DNA of 64,000 nt from an uncultured Methylomirabilota bacterium (GCA_963705305.1 OY970067.1:352001-416000), one strand, 5' to 3'; shown: positions 9,793 to 21,374, counted from the stretch's first letter. Notes: generated from the sequence alone by a model not told the origin. A program made the numbers and translations.

Positions 9793-9813
9793 CGATCATT
9801 TAATTCCCCCCCG
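9793..9813. repeat. 21-bp direct repeat, copy 2
   Basis: CGATCATTTAATTCCCCCCCG. Confidence 0.6.
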
Positions 9814-9921
9814 GCCCTACAGAGGGAGCAGCGGGGGCGAAATTCGGAGGGTATTGACTGGTGGCCTGATGAGGTGTCCCGTTCGAGGCCTGCACGGCTC
9901 CCCAAGCAGGGCGAAGCTCTA

Positions 9922-10116
9922 GCCGTTACACAAAGGTGTTGATAACGGTCGGCGTTTCGCTAGTAACGGCATGAATTGGTTGACCGAATCGGAACGCCTT
10001 GTCGGGGAAGAAATCTTCCTCGATGTCAGCTCAATCCGAAAAGGACGGAATGCGCTGTAACCACAGAGGAATCGCGCCTATTGACAAGCGAATCTTCAAC
10101 ACCTTTGTGTAGCGGG
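9922..10116. mobile_element. 195-bp TA-flanked MITE (IS630-like target duplication)
   Basis: TA|GCCGTTACACAAAGGTGTTGA ... TCAACACCTTTGTGTAGCGGG|TA; 16-bp perfect IR core. Confidence 0.75.
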
Positions 10117-10492
10117 TAGGCCCGGCCCCGAGACTGGGATAGGAGTACGCGCCCCAGAGATAAGCCCCCGCCCAGTACGGGGTGTAGCCATAGTAGCCAT
10201 GGTAGGCGGTCTCGTGCTGCCGCGAGACCGGCTTCTCCGTGTCGATCGGGGGACTCTCCGCCACCTGGGCCTTCGTCAGCGCGGCCATGAGTCGCTTCTG
10301 CGCCCAGTCGATCGCGCGGACGGCGATCGGCGAGAGGAGCACCTTCCGGCCCGACAGCCACCCCCCCGTCTCGACCACGACGTAGCGCACCGTGTAGCTC
10401 ACATCGTCGAAGTAGCCGTCGTGGACCGTGCCGATGTCCCCATCGGTGGCCCCGATCGTGAACCCGTGGAGCGCCTTCATGCTCCGGAGCAT
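10117..10492 (-). pseudogene. PRC-barrel domain protein, truncated at the MITE
   Basis: GFTIGATDGDIGTVHDGYFDD..VRYVVVETGGWLSGRKVLLSP..YYGYTPYW; frame runs into the MITE IR and the second barrel is absent. Confidence 0.8.
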
Positions 10493-10989
10493 CGCACCCT
10501 CCTGTGGGGCTTGTGGCTGCCCCCCGCCGCCGGCCCCGCCGGATGGACCCGGAGGGGAGGTGGTTGCGGCACGAACCCGCACCGCGTCAGTACTCGGGAC
10601 TGTAACGCTCGAACGTTGTGGACAGGATCTTCCGCGCACTGCACAGGACCGTATCAGGCGCGCTCGGATTCTTCCAGAAGATCTGGTAGGGTCGGATGCC
10701 GGACGCCGCCGAAGGGGAAAGGGGCAGGGCCAGGACAGCGACACGGGTGACGGGGGGCCACCGCATGGCTGTTCTTCGTACCCGCTGGCGTGTCTGCGGC
10801 CGCCGGTCCATCGAAGTCGTCGGCATCGAGGTCAGTCTCTGGCCGGGACGCGAGCAACCGATAGGGAAAGCGCTTGCGTGGCCGTCTGCCCACGCAAGCT
10901 CCAGACCCGCCGTGGCCTGCTGGAGGCACCGGCGCGACCAAGCCCGAGGCGGAGGCCGGGCTGCCCCCGTCTCGAACCGGGTCTCGCCT

Positions 10990-11178
10990 TTAGCTCGCCG
11001 CTGGCTCTGGATGCTGCCTGCTCTTCGCCTCGAGCTCCTTCCGCCCCTTCTCGGCATTCCGGTATTCACCGGTCATGGTCACAACGGCCGTTTGGAGTGA
11101 CCGCACCTTGAAGTACCAGACCGCCCCGCCTCCGGCAACGAGCCCAATGAGGATTCCCAGCCAGAAATTGATGTCCAT
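10990..11178 (-). CDS. Small membrane-anchored hypothetical protein (62 aa)
   Basis: AAGGAG RBS, N-terminal TM helix (FWLGILIGLVAGGGAVWYF), charged tail. Confidence 0.6.
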   Translation of the reverse strand: MDINFWLGILIGLVAGGGAVWYFKVRSLQTAVVTMTGEYRNAEKGRKELEAKSRQHPEPAAS

Positions 11179-11224
11179 AGCCTACTCCTTTCGTGCGCTC
11201 GGCCGTGGGTGCAAAGATCATGTT

Positions 11225-11407
11225 CCCTCCGTGCCACGCCCGTCTCAAACAGATATCGGTGCAATAACAGATCCACCCCCGTTCTTGGGTGGCCCACGGG
11301 ATCTCAGCGCTGGTGAATCGAATAGTTGAATTGAACCAGCGGCGAAGAACCAGGGGATGGACAGACTGAAAACCCACGACCCTTCGGAGAGGCTCCAAAA
11401 TATCGGA
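11225..11407 (-). promoter_or_regulatory. Enhancer/promoter module copy 1 (tandem palindromic sites, GGGTGGATCTGTTATTGCA box, TGGCAC)
   Basis: Aligns with 15850-15999 on the opposite strand with near-identical spacing. Confidence 0.55.
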
Positions 11408-11460
11408 CGGCCTGGCGCCCAGACCCGCTGGCGCACCCAGCCCGCGCCTTGCGCCTCCTG

Positions 11461-13467
11461 GTAGGGTCGAGGACTGGCGCGGCACCCCTTAGGCTCCCCT
11501 TGGCCGTGTCCGCCGTTTCCAGCTTCGTGCCCGTTTAGGTTGGCCGTGAGCCCGTCTCCAGTCCCCGCCGCATCAAACGGAGCGTGCGGATTTCCCGCAC
11601 TCCGCTTTCCTGCCCGTTTCACCCCAAGGGTTATGGGACCTATCGGATGGGGAGCGCTGTCAGCGGGGCGCCGCGCGGTACCGAATGCGATAATCGCCAT
11701 ACAGCCCGAGCGTCGCATAGAGCCACCGCCGACTCCACCTCGTCCACCCGAGGCCCGGACGATTCCGTGCCCGCATCAGGTGCCGCCGCACCTTCTGCTC
11801 CACCCAGTTCCGGACGTAGGAGAAGCACCGACTGGCGTGGCCCACGGCGAAATACTGGACCCAGCCGCGCAGCACGGGGTTGATCTCGGCGATCACCTTC
11901 CGTACGGGCTGAGACTGGAGGTGCCGAAAGATCTCCTTGAGCGTCCGCAGCAGCGCCGCGCGCTTCTTCAGCTGCGGCGTCCGCAGCGGCCACCAGACGC
12001 CCCGCTTGGAGCGGACGCGCCAGAGGGTGAAGCCCAGGAAGTCCACGGTCTCCCCCTTCACCAGGTCCACGACTCGACTCTTCTCTTCATTGACCTCGAC
12101 ATGGAGGAGCGCCAATTCCTCGCGGAGCCGTTTGGTGATCGCGTCGAGCAGCCAGGCATGGCGGGGATGGGCGTCCACCAGGACGACCAGATCATCGGCG
12201 AACCGCGCGTACTCCAGCGCCGTGTACTGGTGGAAACAGGTGACCGCCTTGGCGCGCTCCAGCATCCGGTCCACCTCGGTGAGGTAGAGGTTGCTGAGCA
12301 GCGGGGAGATCACCCCACCCTGAGGAACACCCATCTTCCCGGAAGCCTTCAGCATCTGCTTGAGCAGGGCCAGGATGTCCAGATCGTTGACGCGCCGGGC
12401 CACCTTCGCGAGCAGCACATCGTGCCGCACGCGATCGAAGTAGCTTCGGAGATCAAGATCGATGATCCTGGTCTTGCCTTGGCTGATCGCTTTGGCCACC
12501 CGGTCCACCGCTTGATGCGCCGACTTCAGCGGGCGGTACCCAAACGACCCGGGTTGGAAGTCAGCCTCGAAGATGGGCTCCAGGACGAGCTTGAGCGCGC
12601 CCTGGACCACGCGGCGCGGATGGCGGGGATCGAGAGGATTCGGACCTTGCGGCCGTTGTCCTTCGGGATCGCCTGCTTCCGGCACCGCAGGGGCCGAGTC
12701 CGTGCGCGAGACCAGTGCGTCCCGGAGCGACTGGAGGAACCCCTCGACGCCGCTCGCTTCGATGGCGGCAAAGGTCACCCGGTCAATGCCTGGGGCGCCA
12801 TTGTTCGCCTTCGCTGCTGCGTACGCTGCCCGGAGCGTCTCCAGCTTGCACACATGGACGTACAGGCCCCAGAACCGCCAGGACGGTTCGGCCTTCGCCT
12901 TGGCGTAAATCCTCCGCTGCAGGTCTTGCAGCCCGATAGACGCCATTGTCATTGCGTCTCTGCCTCCCGTGTAGGCGGAGGAACACGAACAGCAGGGTCC
13001 CTTCGCTCCGGCGGCATTACCCGCCTTCGTCGCTACTCCGGACCCATCCGCCACCGTCTCGTCGTCCGCCCCTTTCCCGAGGGACTCCCGGTTATAGGAC
13101 GTACCCAGCTTCCGCCGCTTTCGCGACGGGACGAGGACGGCTTCTCCAGTTGCTCGGCATGTCCTGTGTCACCGTGCTGTCCCTACCACCCCGCCGAAGT
13201 GGCATGCGGCGTCAGTCAGCTTGCCGCCTGTCATGCTGCCTTCGCCCCGGACCAAAGGGCTCGGCCTTCGGGGTCATTTTTTCGAGGCCACTGGTGGGTT
13301 CACTTGCGTTACGGCCCGGTGACTCGCTCACCATCCCGATGATGGCTTTGTCGGTTGGCTTCCTCCGCTTCGTTTCCTCCGCGGAGGCAACCCAAGCTAC
13401 GGGGGGTCTGACTGTTCCCCCGGTGGGACTGCCTCCCACTGAACATGCCAGCCTTCGCTGGACACGC
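11461..13467 (-). mobile_element. Group II intron (ribozyme plus RT/maturase ORF)
   Basis: Domain V AAGCGGAGTGCGGGAAATCCGCACGCTCCGTTTG (11574-11607); domain VI ends CGACCCTAC at 11461; 5' end GCGTGTCCAGCGAAGG near 13467. Confidence 0.9.
11660..12952 (-). CDS. ltrA: Group II intron reverse transcriptase/maturase without endonuclease domain; compensating frameshifts near 12610-12700
   Basis: GAPGID, LEPIFEADF..SFGYRP, GVPQGGVISPLLSNLYL, YARFADD, INPVLRGWVQYF. Confidence 0.9.
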   Translation of the reverse strand: MTMASIGLQDLQRRIYAKAKAEPSWRFWGLYVHVCKLETLRAAYAAAKANNGAPGIDRVTFAAIEASGVEGFLQSLRDALVSRTDSAPAVPEAGDPEGQRPQGPNPLDPRHPRRVVQGALKLVLEPIFEADFQPGSFGYRPLKSAHQAVDRVAKAISQGKTRIIDLDLRSYFDRVRHDVLLAKVARRVNDLDILALLKQMLKASGKMGVPQGGVISPLLSNLYLTEVDRMLERAKAVTCFHQYTALEYARFADDLVVLVDAHPRHAWLLDAITKRLREELALLHVEVNEEKSRVVDLVKGETVDFLGFTLWRVRSKRGVWWPLRTPQLKKRAALLRTLKEIFRHLQSQPVRKVIAEINPVLRGWVQYFAVGHASRCFSYVRNWVEQKVRRHLMRARNRPGLGWTRWSRRWLYATLGLYGDYRIRYRAAPR

Positions 13468-14268
13468 CGGCCCGCAAAAACTTCAGATGTTGCCCATGCC
13501 TTGAGTCGAATTCTACGCTTTGATCAGTACGGAACCATTTGATTGTAAAAGAATCTTCCAGCGTCGACCACTCTGAGATGCGACCCATTGCCAATTTTGG
13601 GTCCGTCCACCGGGACTAGTCGAAGACTTAGGATTGGGAATTTTGCTTAATTGGCAGTCCGCTCCCCCGGCTCCCTGAATGTGCAATGATTGTCTGGGCC
13701 CCCAAGAGGGCCTCCGGCTCCACGCCGGGCGTTACCTTCCCATCCTCGCCCACCATGGTGTTTTCGATCATCACTCGGATTGTCCCCCGCCCTCGGCCCG
13801 TGTCTCCACTGCACAACTTCTCGGTCTGGCTGAGCTCCGCACGCATTCAAAATCCGTCCTCACGGTGCCCCAATACTCTCCGCTGCGGAGCACTAGGAAG
13901 GGGCACCGCCTCGAATGGGCGCGACGCCCACCGCCCGTCGGTCCGGTTCCCTGACCTCAGGGAGCCAACCTGCTGTTCTGTATTCTTGCCGGCATTCTCG
14001 CTCGCCTTCCCGAGGGGGTGGGAGGGATCGGGGGGCGCCGCTGCCGCGGGGGGACCGGAGCGACCCGCAGGGAATGGCGCTTGCAAATGGCAGCCGAGGT
14101 TTTGTACTATCTGGGGGCGCGAAGGGGACGTGCGACGGCCTCGTGCAGGAGGCATCCCCACCTCGTGGTTCCTGGAATCGCGGACGTCTAGGGCGGTCGG
14201 GACGGGCCGTGTCTTGGCCCGGGGGTGGGTACCGGGGGCCGGACATCGGTGACGGGAGAGACGCCGCC

Positions 14269-15834
14269 ATGACCCGGGCGGAAGAGGGCCTGCGGGCGGA
14301 GTTGGAGGAGCGGCTGCGGTTCGAGGCGCTTCTCGCCGACCTCTCGGCCCGCTTCGTCCACGTGCCGGCCGAGCAGGTGGACCGGCTGATTGAGGAGGCC
14401 CAGCGGCGCATCGTCGAGGCGCTGGGGGTGGACCGCAGCACCCTCCTGCAGCGGGCGGAGGCGGAGAACGACCTGGTCATCACACACGCCTGGGCCGTGC
14501 CGGACTTCGCGGCCCAGCCCGGGCTCTTTGCGATCCGGGATTTCCCCTGGGTGCATCAGACGCTGCTGCGGGGCGGGACCGTGCGCTTCGCGACGCTGGC
14601 GGAGCTCCCCCCCGAGGCCACGCGTGACCAGGTCTCCTTCCGCAAGATCCACCAGAAGTCCAACCTGATCTTTCCGCTGGCCGCGAGCGGGCGGGTGTTC
14701 GGGGCGCTCTCCTTCGGCACGCTCCGGACCGAGCGCGAGTGGCCGGACGTCCTGGTGCAGCGCCTGCAGCTCCTGGCGGACATCTTTGCCAATGCCCTGG
14801 CGCGCCAGCGGAGCGAGCAGGCGCTCCGGCGCGCCCTGGACGATGCCACGCGCCTGAAACAGCAGCTCGAGGCCGAGAACGCCTATCTGCGCGAGGCGGC
14901 CCAGGCGCAACCCAGCGAGATCGTGGGGAACTCGCCGGCGCTGCAGCAGGTGCTGTCCCAGGCGGACCACGTCGCCCCCACCGAGACCGCCGTGCTGCTG
15001 CTGGGGGAGACCGGCACCGGCAAGGGACTGCTCGGGCAGCTCATCCATCGCCGGAGCCGGCGAAAGGACCGTGCGATGGTCACGGTCAACTGCGCGGCCC
15101 TCCCCCCGACCTTGATCGAGGCCGAGCTGTTCGGGCGGGAGAAGGGCGCCTATACGGGGGCCCTGACCCGCCAGGCCGGGCGGTTCGAGCTGGCGCACGG
15201 CGGGACGCTCTTCCTGGACGAGATCGCCGAGCTCCCGCTGGAGCTGCAGGTCAAGCTGCTGCGGGTCCTGGAGAACGGGCAGCTGGAGCGGATCGGCAGC
15301 ACCCGGACCCTCACGGTGGATGTCCGGGTGATCGCCGCGACCAACCGGGACCTCGCCAAGCGGGTCGCGGACGGCACCTTCCGCGAGGACCTCTACTACC
15401 GCCTGAATGTCTTCCCGATCGCCGTGCCGCCGCTTCGGGAGCGCCAGGAAGACATCCCACTGCTCGTCTGGACCTTCGCCAAGCAATTCGGCCAGGCGCT
15501 CGGCAAGCCCGTGGAGCGGATCCCCCAGGAGACGATGGCGGCGCTCCAGGGCTACCCCTGGCCCGGCAACATCCGGGAACTGCGGAACGTGATCGAGCGC
15601 GCAGTCATCCTCAGCGAGGGTTCGACTCTCCGGGTGCCGCTAGGGGCGACCGCCGGCCCGAGTGTGGCCGCGCCACCGACCCTCGCCGACGCCGAGCGCA
15701 CGCAGATCGTGGCCGCGCTGGAGCAGACCGGCTGGCACATCCGCGGCCCGGCCGGAGCCGCCAAGCTGCTCGGCCTCAAGCCCACCACCCTCGAGTCCCG
15801 CATCAAGAAGCTCGGCCTCGAACGCCCCCGCTGA
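14269..15834 (+). CDS. Sigma54-dependent activator (GAF + AAA+ + Fis-type HTH, FhlA/NifA-like)
   Basis: [59 protein letters not shown]. Confidence 0.95.
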   Translation: MTRAEEGLRAELEERLRFEALLADLSARFVHVPAEQVDRLIEEAQRRIVEALGVDRSTLLQRAEAENDLVITHAWAVPDFAAQPGLFAIRDFPWVHQTLLRGGTVRFATLAELPPEATRDQVSFRKIHQKSNLIFPLAASGRVFGALSFGTLRTEREWPDVLVQRLQLLADIFANALARQRSEQALRRALDDATRLKQQLEAENAYLREAAQAQPSEIVGNSPALQQVLSQADHVAPTETAVLLLGETGTGKGLLGQLIHRRSRRKDRAMVTVNCAALPPTLIEAELFGREKGAYTGALTRQAGRFELAHGGTLFLDEIAELPLELQVKLLRVLENGQLERIGSTRTLTVDVRVIAATNRDLAKRVADGTFREDLYYRLNVFPIAVPPLRERQEDIPLLVWTFAKQFGQALGKPVERIPQETMAALQGYPWPGNIRELRNVIERAVILSEGSTLRVPLGATAGPSVAAPPTLADAERTQIVAALEQTGWHIRGPAGAAKLLGLKPTTLESRIKKLGLERPR

Positions 15835-15849
15835 GCGGCTGGCCCCGCC

Positions 15850-15999
15850 TCCAATGGTTCGGAGCCGCTCCGACATATCGGACGGTTCTCGCCGGTGCCT
15901 CCCCCGAGGTTCCACCGTCGCTTCCCATTCAACCCCGCGGTTCGATAGGGCGAAATCCGCCTCGCGCCACCTGCCGGGCCGGGTGGATCTGTTGTTGCA
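15850..15999 (+). promoter_or_regulatory. Enhancer/promoter module copy 2
   Basis: TCCAATGGTTCGGAGCCGCTCCGACATATCG then GGGTGGATCTGTTGTTGCA at 15981. Confidence 0.55.
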
Positions 16000-16067
16000 T
16001 GCTGCTACACGCAGGACGGGCAATTCCGTCCGAGTCGCAATCCGCGCGAACGGGGGCGAGAGTGACC

Positions 16068-16388
16068 ATGATTATTTCCACGCTGCGGATTCTCACAACG
16101 CCCCAGTCCCGGACCGAGGTCGTTAGGATCCTCGCCGCGCAACTGGGTCCGACGCGGGGGCAACCGGCCTGCCTTCGGTGCGATCTCTACCAAGATGTGG
16201 AGAATCGCGCCGCCATCACCCTGGTAGAGGAGTGGGAATCCGAGGCTGCTCTGCGCCTCCGCTTAGGCTCCGAGGGTTCCCGTGCCATCCTGGGAGCGAT
16301 CGAGCTGTCGCCAGAGCACCCCGTGCTGTACGTCGACACGGTCCTCAGCCGCGCGGGCCTAGAGGTCATCGAGTCGGCCCGAGGGTAG
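16068..16388 (+). CDS. Antibiotic-biosynthesis-monooxygenase (ABM)-like small protein
   Basis: PTRGQPACLRCDLYQDVEN..LVEEWESEAAL pattern, 106 aa. Confidence 0.7.
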   Translation: MIISTLRILTTPQSRTEVVRILAAQLGPTRGQPACLRCDLYQDVENRAAITLVEEWESEAALRLRLGSEGSRAILGAIELSPEHPVLYVDTVLSRAGLEVIESARG

Positions 16389-16537
16389 CGGCGCGGTGAG
16401 GACCCCGCCAACGTGGTGCGGACCGAGCGCACACCGCGCTCCAGGCCGACCACCCGGAAGACAGGGATGGCCCGGAGGGCGAGGAGCGTGGCACACGGGG
16501 CGCCTGAACGAACCAACATTGCAAGGAAGGAGGACAC

Positions 16538-16852
16538 ATGAAGACAGCGAGACCGATCGTGCAGTCGATGTTGATGCTGTTGGTGATGGTGGTAATCGCC
16601 GGTTGTGCGGCGACCCGAACGACCGAAAGCACGGGGCAGTACGTGGATGATTCCACCATCACGGCGAAGGTGAAGGCCGCGATTCTTGAGGATCCGGCCC
16701 TGAAGGTGTTTGACATCAGCGTGGAGACGTTCAAGGGGACCGTCCAGTTGAGCGGCTTCGTGAATTCGGCGGAGGTCCGGAGCCGGGCGGCCGTCGTGGC
16801 CGGCGGTGTCAGCGGCGTGCGGTCCGTCAAGAACGATCTGCTCGTCAAGTAG
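16538..16852 (+). CDS. BON-domain (OsmY-like) lipoprotein
   Basis: Lipobox IAGC; YVDDSTITAKVKA, VETFKGTVQLSGFV, GVRSVKNDL. Confidence 0.93.
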   Translation: MKTARPIVQSMLMLLVMVVIAGCAATRTTESTGQYVDDSTITAKVKAAILEDPALKVFDISVETFKGTVQLSGFVNSAEVRSRAAVVAGGVSGVRSVKNDLLVK

Positions 16853-17017
16853 GGGGCTCCCCCGGAGCGTGCACCTCCAGGCCCCCCGGCCCGTTCACGG
16901 AGAGCCGACCGCTCGCCGCGGCGCGAGCGCGGCGGAGCCGGGAGACGGGAACCCTGGCGGTGGGGGCTTCACACACGGTCGCACGGTGGCAGCCGGGCGA
17001 TCGCAGGAGGAACGGCG

Positions 17018-17560
17018 ATGTGGAAATGGCTAGGGCTCATGATGGTGGCCATGGTGGCGGCGATGCCCCTGGGCTGCTCCCAGCCCTCAGGATCGCACGT
17101 GGTGATCGAGGACAAGACCTACACGGTGACACCGGCCTCGGTGACGGTGAAGGCGGGGATCGTCACGGGCGAGATCACGGAGATGAAGGTCACGGAGCGG
17201 GTCGAGAAGGGCTCCGGCACCGTCGTCGCTCCGGCGAAGCTCACGGGGACGCTCAAGCTAACGAATAGCTCCAAGGATCAGACCGTCCGCCTTATTACCG
17301 GGAAGATCCAGTACATCGACGCGCAGGGGCAGCCCATCAAGGTCAGTGCGGCACAGACCGAACCGACCATCACGCTCGCCACGTACGGCGCCGAGACGCT
17401 CGATCCCGGGAAGGAGGCGACCCAGTCCCTCGAGGTGGACTTCCCCGCCGAGGCCCTGAAGGCGAAGACGCTGAAGGAGATCCGCCTCGAACTCGCGTAC
17501 ATCCCGGCCCCGTACAAGGTGGAGAGCGTTAATTTCACCGTGGCGATTGGCGGCCAGTAA
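17018..17560 (+). CDS. Hypothetical lipoprotein
   Basis: AGGAGG RBS, signal peptide ending PLGC, beta-rich mature part. Confidence 0.75.
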   Translation: MWKWLGLMMVAMVAAMPLGCSQPSGSHVVIEDKTYTVTPASVTVKAGIVTGEITEMKVTERVEKGSGTVVAPAKLTGTLKLTNSSKDQTVRLITGKIQYIDAQGQPIKVSAAQTEPTITLATYGAETLDPGKEATQSLEVDFPAEALKAKTLKEIRLELAYIPAPYKVESVNFTVAIGGQ

Positions 17561-17756
17561 GCCTCGAAGGCTCTGCTTCCGGGCTGGACCGCCCCGCTCC
17601 TGAACGGACTTGGCCCGGCCGCGGCTTTCCGGCCAGATGGAGTAGTGTTCGATCCCCCTCACCACGACGCGGGGGGGGTACGCTGATGGCGCGAACCGAC
17701 AGCAGGCGATTTGGCCCATCACAAGTCAGGGGATCGTCTGAGAAAGGGGGCCTCCC

Positions 17757-18332
17757 ATGCCGGACGAGAGCAAGAGCCTGGCGAAATCGGTAAAGGACAG
17801 TATCGTCTCCGCAGTGAAGGGCGTCGGTGAGATCACGGACGCCGTCGTCGACACGGTGAGCGGCAGCCTGGTCAACGCGGTCACGCGCACCGGAGAGATG
17901 GGCGCGGCGCTCACCGGGGCGATCTCGGCGGTGGTGCGCGGAGTGGTCCAGGGCGTGACCGAGATCGGCGCCGACATCGGCAGCGCGGCCAAGGGGGCAG
18001 TGATCGGCGTGCTGCGCGGCACCAAGGAGGTCGGCGGCGAGGCGCTCGACGCCGTGAGCGCAACCGCCGCCGCCCTGGTCAAGAGCACGGCCGAGGTCGG
18101 CGGCGACCTGGGCTCGGCGGCGAAGGGCGCCGTCGAGGGTGCGATCGCCGGCGCGAAAGCCGTCGGCTTGAGCGCGGAGGAGGCCGCCGCGGCCGCCGCG
18201 ACGGGGGCGCTCAAGGCTGCGGGCGAGATCGGCTCGGCGGCTGCGGCGCAGGTGCGCAACGCCGTGACGGGCACGATCGCCGGCGTGAAGGTGGTGCTGA
18301 AGGAGCCGTTCCAGAGCCACAAGGACAAGTAG
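17757..18332 (+). CDS. Ala/Gly/Val-rich protein made of seven tandem 22-aa repeats
   Basis: Exact 22-residue register with [EA]-[IMV]-G recurring. Confidence 0.8.
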   Translation: MPDESKSLAKSVKDSIVSAVKGVGEITDAVVDTVSGSLVNAVTRTGEMGAALTGAISAVVRGVVQGVTEIGADIGSAAKGAVIGVLRGTKEVGGEALDAVSATAAALVKSTAEVGGDLGSAAKGAVEGAIAGAKAVGLSAEEAAAAAATGALKAAGEIGSAAAAQVRNAVTGTIAGVKVVLKEPFQSHKDK

Positions 18333-18572
18333 CGGTCGGGCCCGGTCGGTTGATCTAGGGAGCCGCCGGCGTACGGGGGGCGGCTGGGGGCCGTCTACGG
18401 CGGTCCCCACCCATCCTCGGCACAGCCGGCCCGGGCTGGGCACTTCCCATCGGTGGGCGTCGCGGGGCCCGGACCGGAGGGGCGGCCCCTCCCGCGAGAC
18501 GGCGCGAGGGGCCGGGGGAAGACCGGCGCAGTCGGTGAAGGAGGAAGGGCCAGGACGCTGGAACTGTTTGCG

Positions 18573-18812
18573 ATGTGGGTGCTCGTCGGGCTGCTGGCCG
18601 GCTGGCTGGCCGGGTTCGTCATGAAGGGCGGCGGCTACGGGCTGATCGGCGACATCGTCCTCGGGCTCGTCGGCAGCCTCCTGGGAAGCTGGATCTTCCG
18701 GGCCCTGGGGGTTTCTCCCGGCGCGGGGCTCTTCATGGCGGTCGTCGTCGCGTTCATCGGGGCGGTCCTCGTGATCGGCGCCCAGCGTGAGTTCTGGTCC
18801 GTGCCCGCCTAG
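18573..18812 (+). CDS. GlsB/YeaQ/YmgE family stress-response membrane protein
   Basis: VGLLAGWLAGFVMKGGGYGLIGDIVLGLVGS..VAFIGAVL; start uncertain. Confidence 0.88.
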   Translation: MWVLVGLLAGWLAGFVMKGGGYGLIGDIVLGLVGSLLGSWIFRALGVSPGAGLFMAVVVAFIGAVLVIGAQREFWSVPA

Positions 18813-19094
18813 CGGCACGCACCGCACACCTCGGCGGGTCGGTTCACCGCGGAAAGCGGCGCGGCCATCGGCCTAGTGCTGCAGTGTGAGTGATGAGAGA
18901 ACGTGGGAAGACCTGTCAATGAATAGCAGGAGCGCTCGTGTGTGCATTGCCTCGAGGCCGTCCGGAGCCTCACGGCGTCTCCGCTCAGGCGGTGCTCGCA
19001 CCGTGGGAACCTCGAGGCGCCGACCCCATCGCAGTGCTCGGCTGCACGGGTGCGCCGATCATTCCGCATCCGTTGTCGAAAGGAGCGAAGCACA

Positions 19095-19385
19095 ATGAAG
19101 AAGATGAAGCCATTGCACGACCGGATCCTGGTCAAGCGTCTGGAGGAGAAAGAGACGAAGAAGGGCGGGATCATCATCCCGGATACCGCCAAGGAGAAGC
19201 CCCAGGAGGCCGAAGTCATCGCCGTGGGTCCCGGCAAGGTCACCGACGATGGAAAGCTCCAGCCCATGGCGGTGAAGGTGGGCGACAAGATCCTCTTCGG
19301 CAAGTACTCGGGGAGCGAAGTGAAGCTGAACGATGAGGAATACCTGATCATGCGGGAGGAGGATGTCCTCGGCATCCTGCAGTAA
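19095..19385 (+). CDS. groES: Co-chaperonin GroES
   Basis: [35 protein letters not shown]. Confidence 0.98.
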   Translation: MKKMKPLHDRILVKRLEEKETKKGGIIIPDTAKEKPQEAEVIAVGPGKVTDDGKLQPMAVKVGDKILFGKYSGSEVKLNDEEYLIMREEDVLGILQ

Positions 19386-21095
<1,710 letters not shown>

Positions 21096-21131
21096 ACGGT
21101 CGCAGGAGGCTTTCCCCCTTGTGTGGGGCAT

Positions 21132-21163
21132 GGCATCCCCGGCGGCTACCCGCCGGGGATGCC
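21132..21163 (+). terminator. Strong stem-loop after groEL (no U-tract)
   Basis: GGCATCCCCGGCGG-CTAC-CCGCCGGGGATGCC, 14-bp perfect stem. Confidence 0.6.
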
Positions 21164-21262
21164 CGCCGGAGACGCGTATGCTCCGAACGTCTCCCATGGG
21201 GTAATAGCGGAGAGCGGCACGACGAATCACCTCCTGCGAGGATGCGAGCCTGGATTCTTCGC

Positions 21263-21374
21263 CCGCGCCGTGGAAAGGCGCTCTGTTCTTGCCGGTGCAA
21301 GTCCGGCCTGGGGCATTGTCGGTGCGCCCCAGTAGCTACCGAGGCGGCAAGGAGGGTAACCAAGTCGCCGAAGC
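21263..21374 (+). mobile_element. 5' fragment (domain I start) of a second group II intron
   Basis: (CC)GCGCCGTGGAAAGGCGC..GCCGGTGCAAGTCCGGC..TGGGGC..GCCCCAGTAGCT..GGTAAC..GAAGC parallels the motif order at the 5' end of the full intron. Confidence 0.6.

Noticed and set aside
11660..12952. RT as a retron, DGR or defence-type RT
   Set aside because: Flanking domain V/VI and the maturase domain identify it as a group II intron RT.
13397..13594. Host gene interrupted by the group II intron
   Set aside because: Joining the flanks gives no recognisable protein, and the downstream flank is the regulatory module.
18860..19094. CIRCE element upstream of groES
   Set aside because: No TTAGCACTC-N9-GAGTGCTAA match found.
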